A DNA stretch of 63,974 nucleotides, the filler included, from Folioceros fuciformis (taxonomy: Eukaryota): the NCBI GenBank assembly GCA_049999805.1. It is 6 parts of 4 records of this genome, joined end to end, with 100 filler letters (N's around TTAATTAATTAA, not from the genome) between each part and the next. Parts side by side here need not be neighbours in the genome. Positions count along the whole stretch, not along the records: positions 1 to 22,264 come from JBNGIO010006316.1; positions 22,365 to 35,310 come from JBNGIO010006316.1; 4 more parts are not named here. One strand, given 5' to 3'. The notes beneath the pieces were generated by a model that saw only the letters and a list, made by a program, of their open reading frames with translations, was not told the DNA's origin and ran no database searches. The translations under genes and the position numbers were made by a program. The stretch's first letter is position 1, and every line of letters begins with the position of its first letter. Of this stretch, positions 10,741-23,070 are shown one piece after another.

Positions 10741-13700
10741 CTACAAAATACATGAAGGAACTATACATGTGATGAAGGCGAGTTCAAGCGGGACACCCAC
10801 AGGTATGGTTGCCATGGGCNNNNNNNNNNNNNNNNNNNNNNNNNNNNNNNNNNNNNNNNNNNNNNNNNNNNNNNNNNNNNNNNNNNNNNNNNNNNNNNNN
10901 NNNNNNNNNNNNNNNNNNNTATCCCTACGACCCTTGAGCCTAATGTCATTTGTCAACGAGAGCGAGACTCCTACGACCTTGTTGACAAGAGAAATGCCAT
11001 GCAAACTCCAGTCACTTCTGGAGCACTTGACATGCTCCCCTCCACCTGGCATTCGTGCAGTGTAACCACCAGTGTCACCCCCATCGAGCTTAAAAGCACC
11101 CGCTGTTTGCATGTTAACTTCAGACTTCCTTTCTGCACGTAAAGTGCTCTCCACGTTCAAAGGGCTACCACCACCGGAGCCCGTTAAAACCTGACCCATA
11201 ACAGACCATCGTCCGCCAGAAACAATTCGCGCCTCGCAGCTGCACCCAAGTCGAGCTTCCCCATTCGGTAGCAGCACTTGCATGTACGATTTAGTGTGGG
11301 CAACCTGGACGTGGTCAAGCCAAAGTCAGCCCAGTCGCTTGCAAACCCATCTCTGCAATTCACCAAATACACACTACAAAGAAGGACACGCACGAGGTGA
11401 GATCCGTCTGCAGCTTGGTCGGACACCCATACTTTCTCAACCTTCCCTTCCAATCCGGCATACGGAGTGAATGACTCCACAAGCCTGGTCAGCTCTCGAC
11501 TTCTTCTTTTCACTTCCGCAGTAGGCACACGTTTCATGCGCGCAGCTGGAGTACCTGTAGAAGAAACCCACGCACTAGATCCATTACGCCACAAGCCCAT
11601 TACTCTACTTCTGCATATCCTTGGTAACCTACCACATGCTTGGACTTGCCCCAAGCAGTTTTCACATTCACTAATGATACCTGGTCTAGGGTAGAACTGA
11701 GAGATATGTACTGAAGAGAATTTATAGTGCTCCACAAGATCCAGTGTTTGTTGGAAGTCATCAGCAGTTTCGCCTGCGAGCCATGGCCAGCGAGAAAAGG
11801 AACCCTTTAGATCACGTCAAGGCCGACCGGGCGACACGTACTCAAGTAGACACGAGCTTTTACAAATTCACGCCTCTGATAACAACCTGGGAATCCGCAG
11901 ATGATATCCGTTGCTATTTGTAAGCCTGGAACCAGGTGGGTCAATTTGTCAACCACATACTTAAAGTCCGCAACCGTGTACTCCCGATTCATTGCCTGAA
12001 TACTCAAGTGACAAGAGCAGCAAAAGGTCAGGCCATCACTGAAAGATTCCCCACACTTGGAGAACTAGCGACAGTTTCTTGCTGCTTACCTAGATCCCAG
12101 AAGCAAAACACAGCAGCGGACATGAAATGCAGATGATTCAATTTGTCAGACTTGGAGACTCTAGACTTCACATTCCAGCAGCACATTTGCATGGCGCCCT
12201 TGGGAAAGCAAACTCATAATGCTTCCAGCATGACACTAACTTACATGGAGCACAGCATCACTGCCAGACTGCACGGGGATGTGTAGGAACGAATAGACGT
12301 GCTGCCGGCGTAAAACATCTGCAATAGCTTCCAGGTGGTCCAGAATAAACGGAGGATTCGTCATTCCTATGCGCAGCATTGTGTGGCCTCCTTCTTCTAG
12401 CTCATCCGCAATGCCTCTCAGGAGAGAAGGCAAATCTGTGCCAATGTCACGCCCTGCACGAGAGTTGCGAGTTTGAGCGGGTACATGACTACTTGGGAGG
12501 GGACGAGCTCTCAGATAGGAGGCCTACGACCAACTATGTGAGAACAATTTCACTCTGCAAAACATCGCTGACCAGTCTTATCACCTCCACCTTATTGGGT
12601 TCTGTCCATCAGCAGAACTTTTGTCAAACGACAAAAACCAACACAAATAACGATGGAAATAAGCAACATTGACAAGAAGGTAATTTCTGACTTCACGGCA
12701 CATATAAGCTCACGAGCGGTCCACAGGGCTCTTGTTAAGACAAGAAACTTGTGGAAATCCTTAACAACATACCATATGCGCCAGTGTCCTCACTACTGAG
12801 CCAAATCTCTGTGACACCTTCAGCTTTGACGGCTTTCACCCTGTCAATCTGCAGAACAGGAGTGTTATTGGGACTACAGGATTGTCACCCCTTTGAGATT
12901 CTATACAGAAGGCAAAACCAGTAGAGGATGACACATTCAAGCAGTCTAGCATGTGTTGCACCGCATCAGGGGATGTTGTCTAAGCCTCAAAGAAGAAAGC
13001 AGTGGTCACTTGAGAAAAAAAACGGTCAATATCAATCAGGTACTTTACCAGAAAAAGGCGCTTGAAGGAGAGCAAAACTTACAATGGCGGACAAGGCGTA
13101 ACTGCCAAGATGCCCACGCGCATGTTTTGTTTTGCAGTACGTACAAGCTCCCAGACAGCCAACACTGATGGGGATAATCTCCACATGTTGGTTCTTCCTT
13201 ACCTGCACCATTGCTAGTATCAGCACCCCACAAACATGGCCTCATGGCAAGAAGTGAAAAGTGAGCCGCGGTGGGGAGCCAATGTGAAACAGCGATGCAG
13301 CTTCAGAGTGGGGTTCCCGGCACTAGCATAAAGCCAGCACATCAGAAGACAACATATTCAAGAGAAAACCTTGGGCAAGTCAAGTGAAGGAAGAGTCCCT
13401 CGCTTGAGAAACCGCACTTCATGACCTTTCAATGTCTCCTCCACCACCTCCACAACTCGATTGATTTGTTGCACTCCCACAATGCTCACACCCTTGAGCA
13501 CATCCATCCCACTGCTAGCTTGCGACACACATCCTGCAATAACTAGTGGCTTGGATGCATCCTTCCCCCGGCGTATAAGAGTCTCCATAGCTGACTGACT
13601 CGGAGCTTTCACAGTGCAACTGTTTTTCAAAGGCAGCTCGGTTCAAAGTGATGCTCCCCACACCGGACATCAACATTAAGCCCATCAGACCATGCACCAC

Positions 13701-14163
13701 TCACGTATTTATAATCCACAGATCTGCTGCATCAGCATCATCGGTCAGGTTGTAGCCGTAGTCAGAGAGCTGGCCGGCCATGTACTCGCTGTCGCTCTGC
13801 CCAAAACACGTCAGTGAAACACACGACAAGATGCAAGGAGAGGAGCAAATACAGAGCAGTAGATGGCAATTGAGCTGCACCTGATTATGCGCACACCCGA
13901 ACGTCTTCATGAAGATACTCTGAATGGACAAGAACCGTGTCAAGAGTCCTTGCAACACGCAACAGAGCCTCACACAGCACATCGTTGCTTTGTTATGGAT
14001 GAAAGGGCTGGCTTGCCTGAGTGCCGGGTGTGCCGGAAGGCCACATCTTGGGAGCGTGCCGTAGGACCGATACCCTGGCCTGCCCTACCTTGGACTTCGC
14101 CTGGTGTCTGGAATGCAAGCCCGCCGAGCTCGGGAATGGCACAAAGTCCTCGATGTCGGCCAT
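10741..14163 (-). CDS. CDKAL1: Threonylcarbamoyladenosine tRNA methylthiotransferase (CDKAL1/MtaB, radical SAM), multi-exon; 3' end spans a 100-N gap
   Basis: Exons give [56 protein letters not shown] (CxxxCxxC), [46 protein letters not shown] and a TRAM region. Stop position is uncertain because of the gap. Confidence 0.93.
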
Positions 14164-14267
14164 GGAGGAGTCCGCAGCCCACCGCTCCACCGACCGACCT
14201 AAAATGATGAAGCTCTTCGCACCACAATGCACTCGTATTTCTCAGAGCAGAATACTTTCGACAACAC

Positions 14268-16121
14268 ATGGACTGGTGGTGGAGGACCGTTGTTCCTGCC
14301 AGTGCGGGACTCGCCCTGTCGTTTGCTCTGTGGTATGTGGTCAAGGTCTGGATATGGACTCCCCGAGCGATCATCGAAAGCTGTCGCAAGCAGGGCATGT
14401 CGGCCCTACCCTTCGTGCCCTTCCTGGGCCAGCTTCCGGAGATCGTTGCAGTAGGTCACAAGCCAAAATTTAAGCAGTCTCTGGAGTACTTCTCTACGTC
14501 GCGTTGTTGTCGTGCTGTTGGTCTTGCCGTGGTGTACGGCTCTGACATGGTTTGCAATCCCGCAGCAAGGTGACGGGCTTGCTGGATTTCTCAACGCCAA
14601 CTGCAGCAGAGGGGGGCCAGGAGGGCGGGAGCCGGTACTGTTCTGCTTGGGCCGGAGCGTGAAGCTCGTGGTGCGGGAGCCCTCCCTGGTGCGCGACGTG
14701 CTGCAGCGCAAGGCGGACCTGTATGTGAAGCCATCCTTCATCCGGGCTCTTGGAGACTTACTGGGAGACGGGCTGCTCACGAGCAGCGGTCAGTCGTGGG
14801 CACGCCAGCGGGGGATCGTGAGCCCGGCGTTCTACAACAAGGAGCTCAAGGTGTGTTGCGGTGCGTGCGTCCCATGACACCCGTGACTCTCTGATGATGG
14901 GAGGCCGTGCTGAGCGGGTGATGGTGATGTGTCCTGATTTTGTTGCCGCAGCCGAAAGTAGATGTAGTGGCGGGATGCAGCGCCGCGGCCATGGAGCGGT
15001 GGGGCTCGGGGGAATTGGATGTTTTCCCCACCTTCCTGGAGCTGACATTTCGCATCCTGTTGAGGGCCACATTCCAGCTGGAAGAGAGGAAGATTCCGCC
15101 CGATGTCCCCGTCCTGGTACGAGGCTTTGATGCCTATATTCGCTGCACCCGAGAGAGGGTCTTGGGATACGCCGCTGCAGTTCCGGGATACCGGTGAGGT
15201 GTATTTCCCTGTCGCCGCCCCTCCTCCCTGCACCAGCAGCTGGACCAGGGAAGGAGAGAGTGGAGGAAAAACGCAAGCAAGCGACTAATTGGACGGTGGC
15301 GATGCAGGTACCTGCCGACCAACCTCAATCGGAAGCGGCTCCGGCACGCAGCCATGCTCCGGAGGCGGGTGGGCGAGATCGTGCAAGGGGTCTCATCAGG
15401 GGGGCTGCTGCTGGAGAGGATGCGGGAGCAGCACATGGGAGAGCAGGAGATAGTGGATAATTGCGTCACAATCCTCATGGCCGGACACGAAACCACCGCC
15501 AGCCTGCTCACCTGGAGCGTCTACCTGCTGGCTGGGGACCCGGAGTGGCAAGAGCGGGGTCGGTTGGAAGCGCTGGCAGCAGGGCTGGGGCCGGGCTGGG
15601 AGTTCGCCTCCTTCGACAAGGTGGCACAGCTGAAGAGCGTGGGCATGATAGTGTGGGAGTCGCTGCGCCTTTTCCCTCCCCAGCCTGTCGTCGGCAGGCG
15701 CATCTGCACCAGCAACAAGCTCGGGAAGTACGCTATACCGGCGGACATGGAGGTGCTCATTCCCGTGCAAGCCCTCCATCGGGACGAGGAACTGTGGGGC
15801 CCTGACAGCCAGGAGTTCAAGCCGCAGAGGTTCGCGAACGGGATCCACGGCGCATGCAAGGATCCCATGGCGTATCTCCCCTTCGGAGCGGGGCCCCGGA
15901 CATGCGTGGGCCAAACACTAGCTTTGCTGGAGGCCAAGGTCGTCTTGGCCGTGCTTCTGTGCAAGTACCGTTGGAAGCTCAGCCCTGGATACCTCCACAG
16001 CCCCGAGGTGACGCTCACGCTGCAGCCGAGGTATGGCATGCCTGTCATCTTGGAGCCGGTACACGCCATGCCTGCTACGCCTACAGTCTTGATGGCTTGC
16101 GACAAGCAAGCAAGCAATTAG
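14268..16121 (+). CDS. Cytochrome P450, CYP72 clan-like, about 4 exons
   Basis: N-terminal TM anchor, GDGLLTSSGQSWARQR, AGHETT (I-helix), ESLR (ExxR), PQRF and heme motif FGAGPRTCVG. Confidence 0.95.
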
Positions 16122-16271
16122 AAAATCAAATGTACGAAATTCAAGACAGATTTGTGAATGTGACGGATGAAAGAACGAATCAAGCTCTTTCACCCTTGCA
16201 CGCTCCTTACTACCGATCTGCATGAACCAGCTTTGACAATCCCTGTAATGTCGTAGCTCGATAGCTGGGCC

Positions 16272-17087
16272 CTAGACCTCCTTCCTCCTTCTACTGAGGC
16301 CATACTGGCGGCGGTGGAAGTTGCGGAACAAGATGAGCAGAGCCAGGTTGAAGAAGGCATTGAAGAGCCAGGCATACATGCCTTCGCAGCCGCCGGCAGC
16401 AGAGAAGTGCAGCCAAAGAAGTCCCACGGATGACACGAAGCTGAAGACGAATTGGACGATCTGGATGTCGGTGACCAGGCGCTTCCACGGCGGGCGGACG
16501 CCCATACTGCACAGCAGGTAGTACGAGTACATAACGACGTGCACCGCCGTATTGGTGAGCAGCGCAATCACCTGTAGCGACTGCGAATACTGCAGCCAGA
16601 AGTAGCACATGAAGATAACGGTGGAATGGTGGAAGACGTGCAGGAAGGTGAGCGGCTTGCCCCGCAACACCACAATGGCGGTGTCCAGCAATTCATAAAT
16701 CTTGCTCAGATAATAAACGTAAGACCAGAAAAAGAGGCTGCCTCTGGCCGGCGTCCCCCGCGGATAGCACAGCAGCCAGCTCCATCTCCCCTCCTCCTCC
16801 AGCAGCGCCACCACCGCAGCTCCGAGGCATCCCGCGAACATACCGAAGGACGCAACCAGGAGCACCACATTGTGCAGCACCGGAACGGGGCCTAACGCTA
16901 CCGGCCTCTTCACCACCAGTCGCAGCAAGGCAACTGCGAGCAGATACACCAGCACAGCCAGCAGCGGGAAGCGCGGCGACGAGCCGATCGGCTGGGTTCC
17001 CCATTCGAATGCGGAGATGGCGGGATGCCTCGCCGTCCAATGCGCCGCTCCAACCGCTGCCGCTTCAGCTGCTGCCTGTGCTGCCAT
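16272..17087 (-). CDS. GNS1/SUR4 (ELO) fatty-acid elongase, HOS3-like, intronless
   Basis: YYLSKIYELLDT, LTFLHVFHH (HxxHH box), NTAVHVVMYSYY and TDIQIVQF, with several hydrophobic helices. Confidence 0.95.
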   Translation of the reverse strand: MAAQAAAEAAAVGAAHWTARHPAISAFEWGTQPIGSSPRFPLLAVLVYLLAVALLRLVVKRPVALGPVPVLHNVVLLVASFGMFAGCLGAAVVALLEEEGRWSWLLCYPRGTPARGSLFFWSYVYYLSKIYELLDTAIVVLRGKPLTFLHVFHHSTVIFMCYFWLQYSQSLQVIALLTNTAVHVVMYSYYLLCSMGVRPPWKRLVTDIQIVQFVFSFVSSVGLLWLHFSAAGGCEGMYAWLFNAFFNLALLILFRNFHRRQYGLSRRRKEV

Positions 17088-17671
17088 CACCGACGTCTGC
17101 CTCTCCTGCCGGTGCCGCGCAAAAACATTACCGCCCTGTGGTACGTAGGTAAGCGTTTTTTATTCCATATCCCTCTCGGTCTCGCCGTGTTGCAAGTATT
17201 TTATGCAGGTTTGTTGGACAGTCTGGATAGATAAAACCTCGTACTTACCCGCACTTGGGTTTCATTTCACTAGATGGTTGTCTAGACTACTTGCTCTCGC
17301 CGCTCTCCACTGCTTTGATACAGGTGTTTGCTGGCTCCTCCTCCTGCGGCTCCTCTATGCTTCTCCTTCTTCCTTGTGCTGTCGTGTTCCCCTTCTTTCC
17401 TTTCACCCTGCGTGCTTCTTCCCTCCTTCTTTTCCTTTCTTCGCTTCCTGCCGTCTTTCCCTTCCTCTGCCTCTTCCCCGCGTGAGGAGAAACGCTGCGG
17501 CTGTATTTCCGCTGGATCCGTGCTCTCTCCAATTCTGTCCGGGTCTTGACGGGTGAAGGCGGCCAGCGCTGGCGGCTGCCATGAGGCGCGTAGGGAGGGT
17601 GCCTCAATTCTGGCGTGGCATGCGGCCTGGTGAATGAGGAGCATCTGGTTAGGGACAGGGAAACGAAAACG

Positions 17672-20600
17672 ATGAGTGCTGGAGCAGCGTCATGCTCCAC
17701 CTCGCAAGGGCTGGATCCGCCCTGGCTGCACGTGCGCCGCGAGCCCTTCACGTATGGCCTGCTCCCGCTGCCCAGCCTCATGCACGCGGAGGGCGTGCCC
17801 GCATTCAGGAACCTGCGAGCCAAGCTTCTTGAACACGCCGTCGCCTACACGCACTGGCCGCCGCTCAGCAATGCATCCATTCTGTCCCCTAATTTGAGAT
17901 CTTCTGCTTCTCCTGCCGCTGCTGCTGCCGCCGTTGCCCCTTCTCAAGCCGGCTCCGCCCATGCCCCTCCTCTCCGCAGAAGGGTCTCCACCTCTGGCAT
18001 TGCCGCTACATTAGGTCTTCCCCCGGTCCATGCCCACCTGGTGCTTGACACTTTGGCATCCGTCTTGCCAGATGATGGCGGCCCGGAACTGGATCCTCTG
18101 GCTCGGGCCGCTGCCACCGAAGTTGACTCCGTGGGCGCGGATGTCGATTACCTCCTCCTTTTCCTCTTCATTCAGGCTTACAGGAGACTGCCACCCCGCC
18201 CGCACCGGGACGCTTCCACCGTTGCCGATGTGTGGCCCTCCAATTCCGTGTTCGATGCACTGGTCCCCTCGCTTTCGCCCATCCAGGTACGTGTCTTGAC
18301 ACTCCCACCACCATCTTCATCTCTCATTTGGATTCTCACTAGGAGCTTCCGCTACATTCTATGTTGCAGACGAGACCAGGCCCGCACTCGCGGAGATGGA
18401 TGCCCGGTCAGGCCGAGGAAGAGGCACACCAGTTATCTTTTCTGCAAAAGCATCTGCCCTCTCTGCTTGCCTTGTTGGCGGAGGCCACGGACGAAGGCGA
18501 GGTTGATGCCAAGGTGTGATTTGCACTGCTCTCGCCTTTTGCATAGGTAGTCTTGGTTTTCGGCAACCCCATTGCCCACTAACTGCTGTACGATGCTGCA
18601 AACTAGGGGACCCTTGCAACCTTGCTAATGCTCTTGCACCTCAACCTCCACGTGCCTGCCTTTCCTATGTAGGTAATATCTGTGGAGAAATTTAAGCATC
18701 TCGGTTTCCTTCTTCAAGCTAGAGATGCTACTCTGGATGTCCTGCCTCTCAGTCAGGCTGCCCCATTCTTTGCAAACTCAGACCCAGATATGCCTGCAGC
18801 TCCCGTACCTCTTGCCCAAGCCTTGGAATGGATACTGCAACATATATGTTCTCCGTCACTCCATGTACGGGACAAATTGCTCACTAGAGAAAGAGAAAAT
18901 GGTCCTACAGATGCTGCTTCCACAGAAGCAGATGTTGCTATGGTGGATGCATGTTCTGTGTCCTCCACTTCCTCGCCTGCAACGCCTACTGGTGGTGCAA
19001 CCATGAACGGCCCGTTTCAGCTGCGCAAGGAACCCCGTCTTGGTGGATTCACTGTTGTAGAAGGTGTGACAAGGGCCTCTTTTCTGAGGGAGGAAGCCGA
19101 CTTCAGAGGACACGCTGCGATCGTAAGAGAAAAAAAAGACCTGCGTATTACCTACGTTTTGATGATGGTGGTTGTCTGGGAGGTCAGCAGAAGTTTCTTG
19201 AATGTTTGTTTCTTTTGCTGATGGTGGTTCTGATGTGTACATATGCTGGCATCACTCAGGTTTCCCACTGCCACGACTCTGTGGTCTATTTATTGGCACC
19301 CTTGAAATATGCATCCGTGTTCGGCTGCTCGGACTCCATTGTTGTGCTGGGCCCTATTGGAAAAGTGAGCGAAGCATCGACCTGTTATGATGCCATGCTG
19401 GTGCTTTGTGCCAGTTACTGAACGTGCTGGCTGCTGGCTGAGTGTGGGCAGGTGGTGAGAATTGAGCATTGTGAAAGGGTGCAGCTCATAGTGCCAAGTG
19501 CGCGTGTTTGCATCGCTAATTGTCGAGAATGCCTATTCTACCTGGGGGTTAATCAAAGGCCTTTGGTTATTGGTGACAACCATAATCTCCAGGTATTGAA
19601 AGCCTAAACTTGCAACAGGTACATAGTTAGGCGTGGAGGGGGAGGGTGTTAATTTGTNNNNNNNNNNNNNNNNNNNNNNNNNNNNNNNNNNNNNNNNNNN
19701 NNNNNNNNNNNNNNNNNNNNNNNNNNNNNNNNNNNNNNNNNNNNNNNNNNNNNNNNNGTTTTCTTCCCCAATGTCTGGCATAAGCTGTTTTTATTGGTGA
19801 AAGGCCAAAAAAAAAAAACCGCGTTGAAGTAGAGTGTTTGATTGAGTCTGCGTGCTGGCGTTTATGAGCCATATGAGTTTGTTGTTGCTGAATTTGTACG
19901 CTTGTCTTGTGCGTGTGCGTGTGTTTGGAAACAGGTGGCACCGTACAACACATTTTATCCCAGGTTAGAAGCTCATTTGGCACAAGTGGGTGTGGATCCC
20001 ACGGTTAACAGATGGGACAGATTGTTGACTCTGGGAGTAGTGGATCCCCATGACTCGGTTTCTCATCCTGCTGGGGTTGCGGATGCACAAGCGGAGGGCG
20101 CCACTCTCCTTCAACCAGAGAAATTTTTGAACTTCATGGTGCGGCACTTTGTGGTACTTTGATCTGAATTGATGAAGTGTGGCTTGGCGGGTGTAGGCTG
20201 ATATTACTGTTGCAGGCCTGCCATGTAGGTTGAGATGGATTGGGTTTGTTGTGCTGACAGGTTCCCAGATGGTGCGAAGTTGATCCTCAGCAACAACTTC
20301 TGACGAGAGCTAACCCTTTTCTTTTGCCCAAGCCTTACCTGCTCGCGCAGCAGTATAGGGTAAGCGAGGTGGCGTTGCGGATTGCTGATGCTGCAGGGTA
20401 TGACTTGTGGTTGTGAGTGGAATCTGACTGACTTAATGCGAACGGGCATTGCAGGCGAAGTCCGTGGAGAGTTTGAGGCAGGCCCTGAGGAGCGTACCGT
20501 TGGAAGACAGCAAGAAGCGGGACCTTTCCAACGTCCTGCACAGTTACTTCAGGGACTGGCTATATGGTAAGGCGAAAGCCATTGAATGGCGTACTGAGTG

Positions 20601-20749
20601 TTCCGGGAGCAAGTAGGAGGTGGAAGGACAGCATGTAGGAGGTTTGCGCTGACTGACGGTGAGGGTTTTGTGTGTTGCTGAGTTTTGCAGCGTCGGGCAG
20701 CATTCGGCAGATCTACGACTTGCAGTGTGTGGATAAGGAATTGTCGTAG
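17672..20749 (+). CDS. TBCCD1: TBCC domain-containing protein 1 (C-CAP/cofactor C-like), multi-exon
   Basis: RREPFTYGLLPLP, ADVWPS, FFANSDPDMPAAPVP, CHDSVVYLLAPLKYASVFGCSDS, IANCRECLFYLGVNQRPL, VAPYNTFYPRLE, and final exon SGSIRQIYDLQCVDKELS*. Confidence 0.88.
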
Positions 20750-21989
20750 GGGATGGACGATGCGAGCTGAGCTGAGCTGGGCTGAGCTGAGTGGAGCGGA
20801 GCGGAGCTGAGAAGAGCGGAGAAGAACATCCTTAATTGTATCGCATCGCATCGCAGGGCATCGCATCGGTGGACATGGGAGGCCAGTGTTGCCGTGTTTT
20901 GCAGCAGCAGGTGGTTGGTGTCGTGGACAAGCTAAGGTAGCGTTAGGTTTTAGGTGGTTAGGTGGCAGTGACGTAGCTGTGGCAACGTCTGGCGCATTTG
21001 CGGAGTTGCAGGCTGTATGATGAGGAAATTGAAAATTATGCTCTGCTCTGCTGTAAACGTAGGGCTGCATGTATAAGTAAGGTACCCAGGTTTCTAGGTG
21101 AGTACAGACCTAACGTAGCCCAGCCCAGCTCAGCGGTCCCCGGGTGTGTTAGTTTGTCGAAGTCCCAAGAACAAGGCAAAGGGGGAGGAGAGGTAGCGGG
21201 TGAGGGTGAAGGGAAAGGCACAGTCAAAGGAGAGAGTGCAAACGGCAAGGTGTGTTGTTAGCTAGGTACATGGCTAGCAAGCTAGCTAGCTAGCTGGGTA
21301 ACGTAGCAGCAGGTCCCGCCTGGCCCCGGGCTTTGTGAAACGACCGTTCATTTTTCAAATATCTGGAATATATACATACTGTATGTAGGCATTGATCCCC
21401 ATGTCTTGAACGTGTGCGTGTACATAGAAGATAGACCGTATGGTATGTGCAGACGAGTACGTATGAGATAGGATAGCCCACACAGGAATTACCGATATGC
21501 ATACATACATACATACATGGGTACTTTACATAGATAACATACGTAAGGCATAGAGTCATTTTTGGGCAGGCACAGAGGCAAAAGAAAAACGAAATGAGAT
21601 AGGCCAAATGCAGGGCGAGGGCAAGGGCAAGGGTAAGGGCAAGGGCAAGGGCAAGGGCAGGGCAAGGACAATGGCAATGGCAGTGGGGGGGGGCCAGGAG
21701 CCAGAGGCCAGGGGCTGGGGTCCAGGCACCAAGGCCTCGCCAGGCTGCAGCGCTCTGCTACTCTAGTTTTGCTCTCTTCAAAAACGCACACGAGCTACCT
21801 GGATACATATCTCTGTAGGAGAGCGCACGCGCGCGAAGACTAGAGGCGGGCAGGACAGGCAGCGAAGGGGGGGGTTCGCTCTTGTTGAGCCGCGCAACAG
21901 GCACGCCCAGTCCCAGGCACCTAGGCTCCAGGATCCAGCCTCCAGCTCAGGCGAAGGCACAGGCAAGGCGGTCGCGCAGTCTGGGCGAC

Positions 21990-22264
21990 ATGCCGACGCG
22001 CTCCTCCTCTTCCAGGAGCATCGGCCGGCGGACTCACACCCGCACCGCCACCAACAGCGGGAGCGGCAGCACCAGCAACTTCAACGGCAGCATCAGCAGC
22101 TCCTCCATCTACCATGCCGCGCTGCTGGCATCCTCCTCCGCCTCTCGCCCTGCTTCCACCACCACCTCCTCCTCCTCCTCCTCTTCTAGCCTGCCGCCAT
22201 CGCCTGCTCTCCCCAACCCCAATCTGCCATCTTCCAGCCCCAGGGCCGGGGAAAAGGAAAATCC
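21990..22264 (+). CDS. 5' end of a gene with a Ser/Pro-rich low-complexity N-terminus, truncated at scaffold end
   Basis: GC-rich open frame MPTRSSSS...GEKEN running into the linker. Product cannot be identified. Confidence 0.4.
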
Positions 22265-22364
22265 NNNNNNNNNNNNNNNNNNNNNNNNNNNNNNNNNNNN
22301 NNNNNNNNTTAATTAATTAANNNNNNNNNNNNNNNNNNNNNNNNNNNNNNNNNNNNNNNNNNNN
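22265..22364. other. Artificial scaffold-joining linker
   Basis: 44 N + TTAATTAATTAA + 44 N. Confidence 0.97.
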
Positions 22365-23070
22365 CTCGTGAGGCTCTACCTCCTTTGCTATTCTTCTCTA
22401 GAGAAGGGTTGAGGTGTCTTTAGGCCTCCCTCCTTGAAAAGCAATATGACCAGGCACTTAGAGCTTTGCTTTCAAACTCATCCATCCTTAGGTCTTCTCG
22501 AGCTCGTATTCGTTTTTGTTCAGGTAAAAAGAGTGGGCTCTTGCTTTTGGCTTGACCTTGCATCCAAGCGTTTCGAATCACACCAACAACTTTTGCTACC
22601 ACGATGAGATTTCGCTTAGGTTTGGCCCACCCCTTGGCTTTTTCTTTCTCTACATGTTGTTGTGGGGTTGCCATTGTTAATACAGGGTCCTATCTAGCAC
22701 GTTGTCATGTTGGGGAGCACCGCATTGCCACTCGTGATGTAGTTTGAGATATCATGTTCTTTATGGCTAGGGAGTGTGGGTTTCTTTCGTATAGGGAGCG
22801 GTCATATACTTTGCGCAACGAGGTTTCACTTAGAGCTAATCGTTTTTTCACTATGAGGGAACATGGTTGTCTTGGTGATGTGGTTATTACAAATCCCACT
22901 AGGAATTTGATCTGCAAGCACGTCATTATCAAACCCCCTGGTTGAGCGAAGGGGTTTTCTACAAGACCCAAAGTCCATAAGTATTCTCCCTTGCAAAATA
23001 GGTGTACTTTCATCCCCCTTGCTCTTAAGATTCATGGGGCTATGGACAGGGACTTCTCAAGGTTTATCAA
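22365..23070 (+). mobile_element. Second CRE-like RLE non-LTR remnant (CCHC + endonuclease)
   Basis: Aligns by eye with ~9215-9930: MRFRLGLAHPLAFS..CCCG..., TRDVVRD-like and DVVITNPTR. Confidence 0.7.

Noticed and set aside
15396-16117. Long antisense ORFs over the P450 (also over the ELO, mTERF, PPR and germin genes)
   Set aside because: Expected shadow ORFs of GC-rich coding sequence.
14268-17087. P450 + elongase as a lipid biosynthetic gene cluster
   Set aside because: Only two convergent genes in a generally gene-dense region, and the P450 looks CYP72-clan rather than a CYP86-clan fatty-acid hydroxylase.
20760-21670. (GAGCT)n, (ATCGC)n, (ATAC)n and (AGGGCA)n tracts giving Cys/Pro-rich ORFs
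   Set aside because: Ordinary intergenic microsatellites.
21990-22264. Kinesin-7 N-terminus (KEN motif after a Ser-rich tract)
   Set aside because: The sequence ends before any motor domain; low-complexity similarity alone is insufficient.
22309-22320. Recurrent TTAATTAATTAA (PacI-like palindrome) as a biological motif
   Set aside because: Always centred in exactly 44+44 Ns and gives stops in all six frames, so it is an assembly linker.
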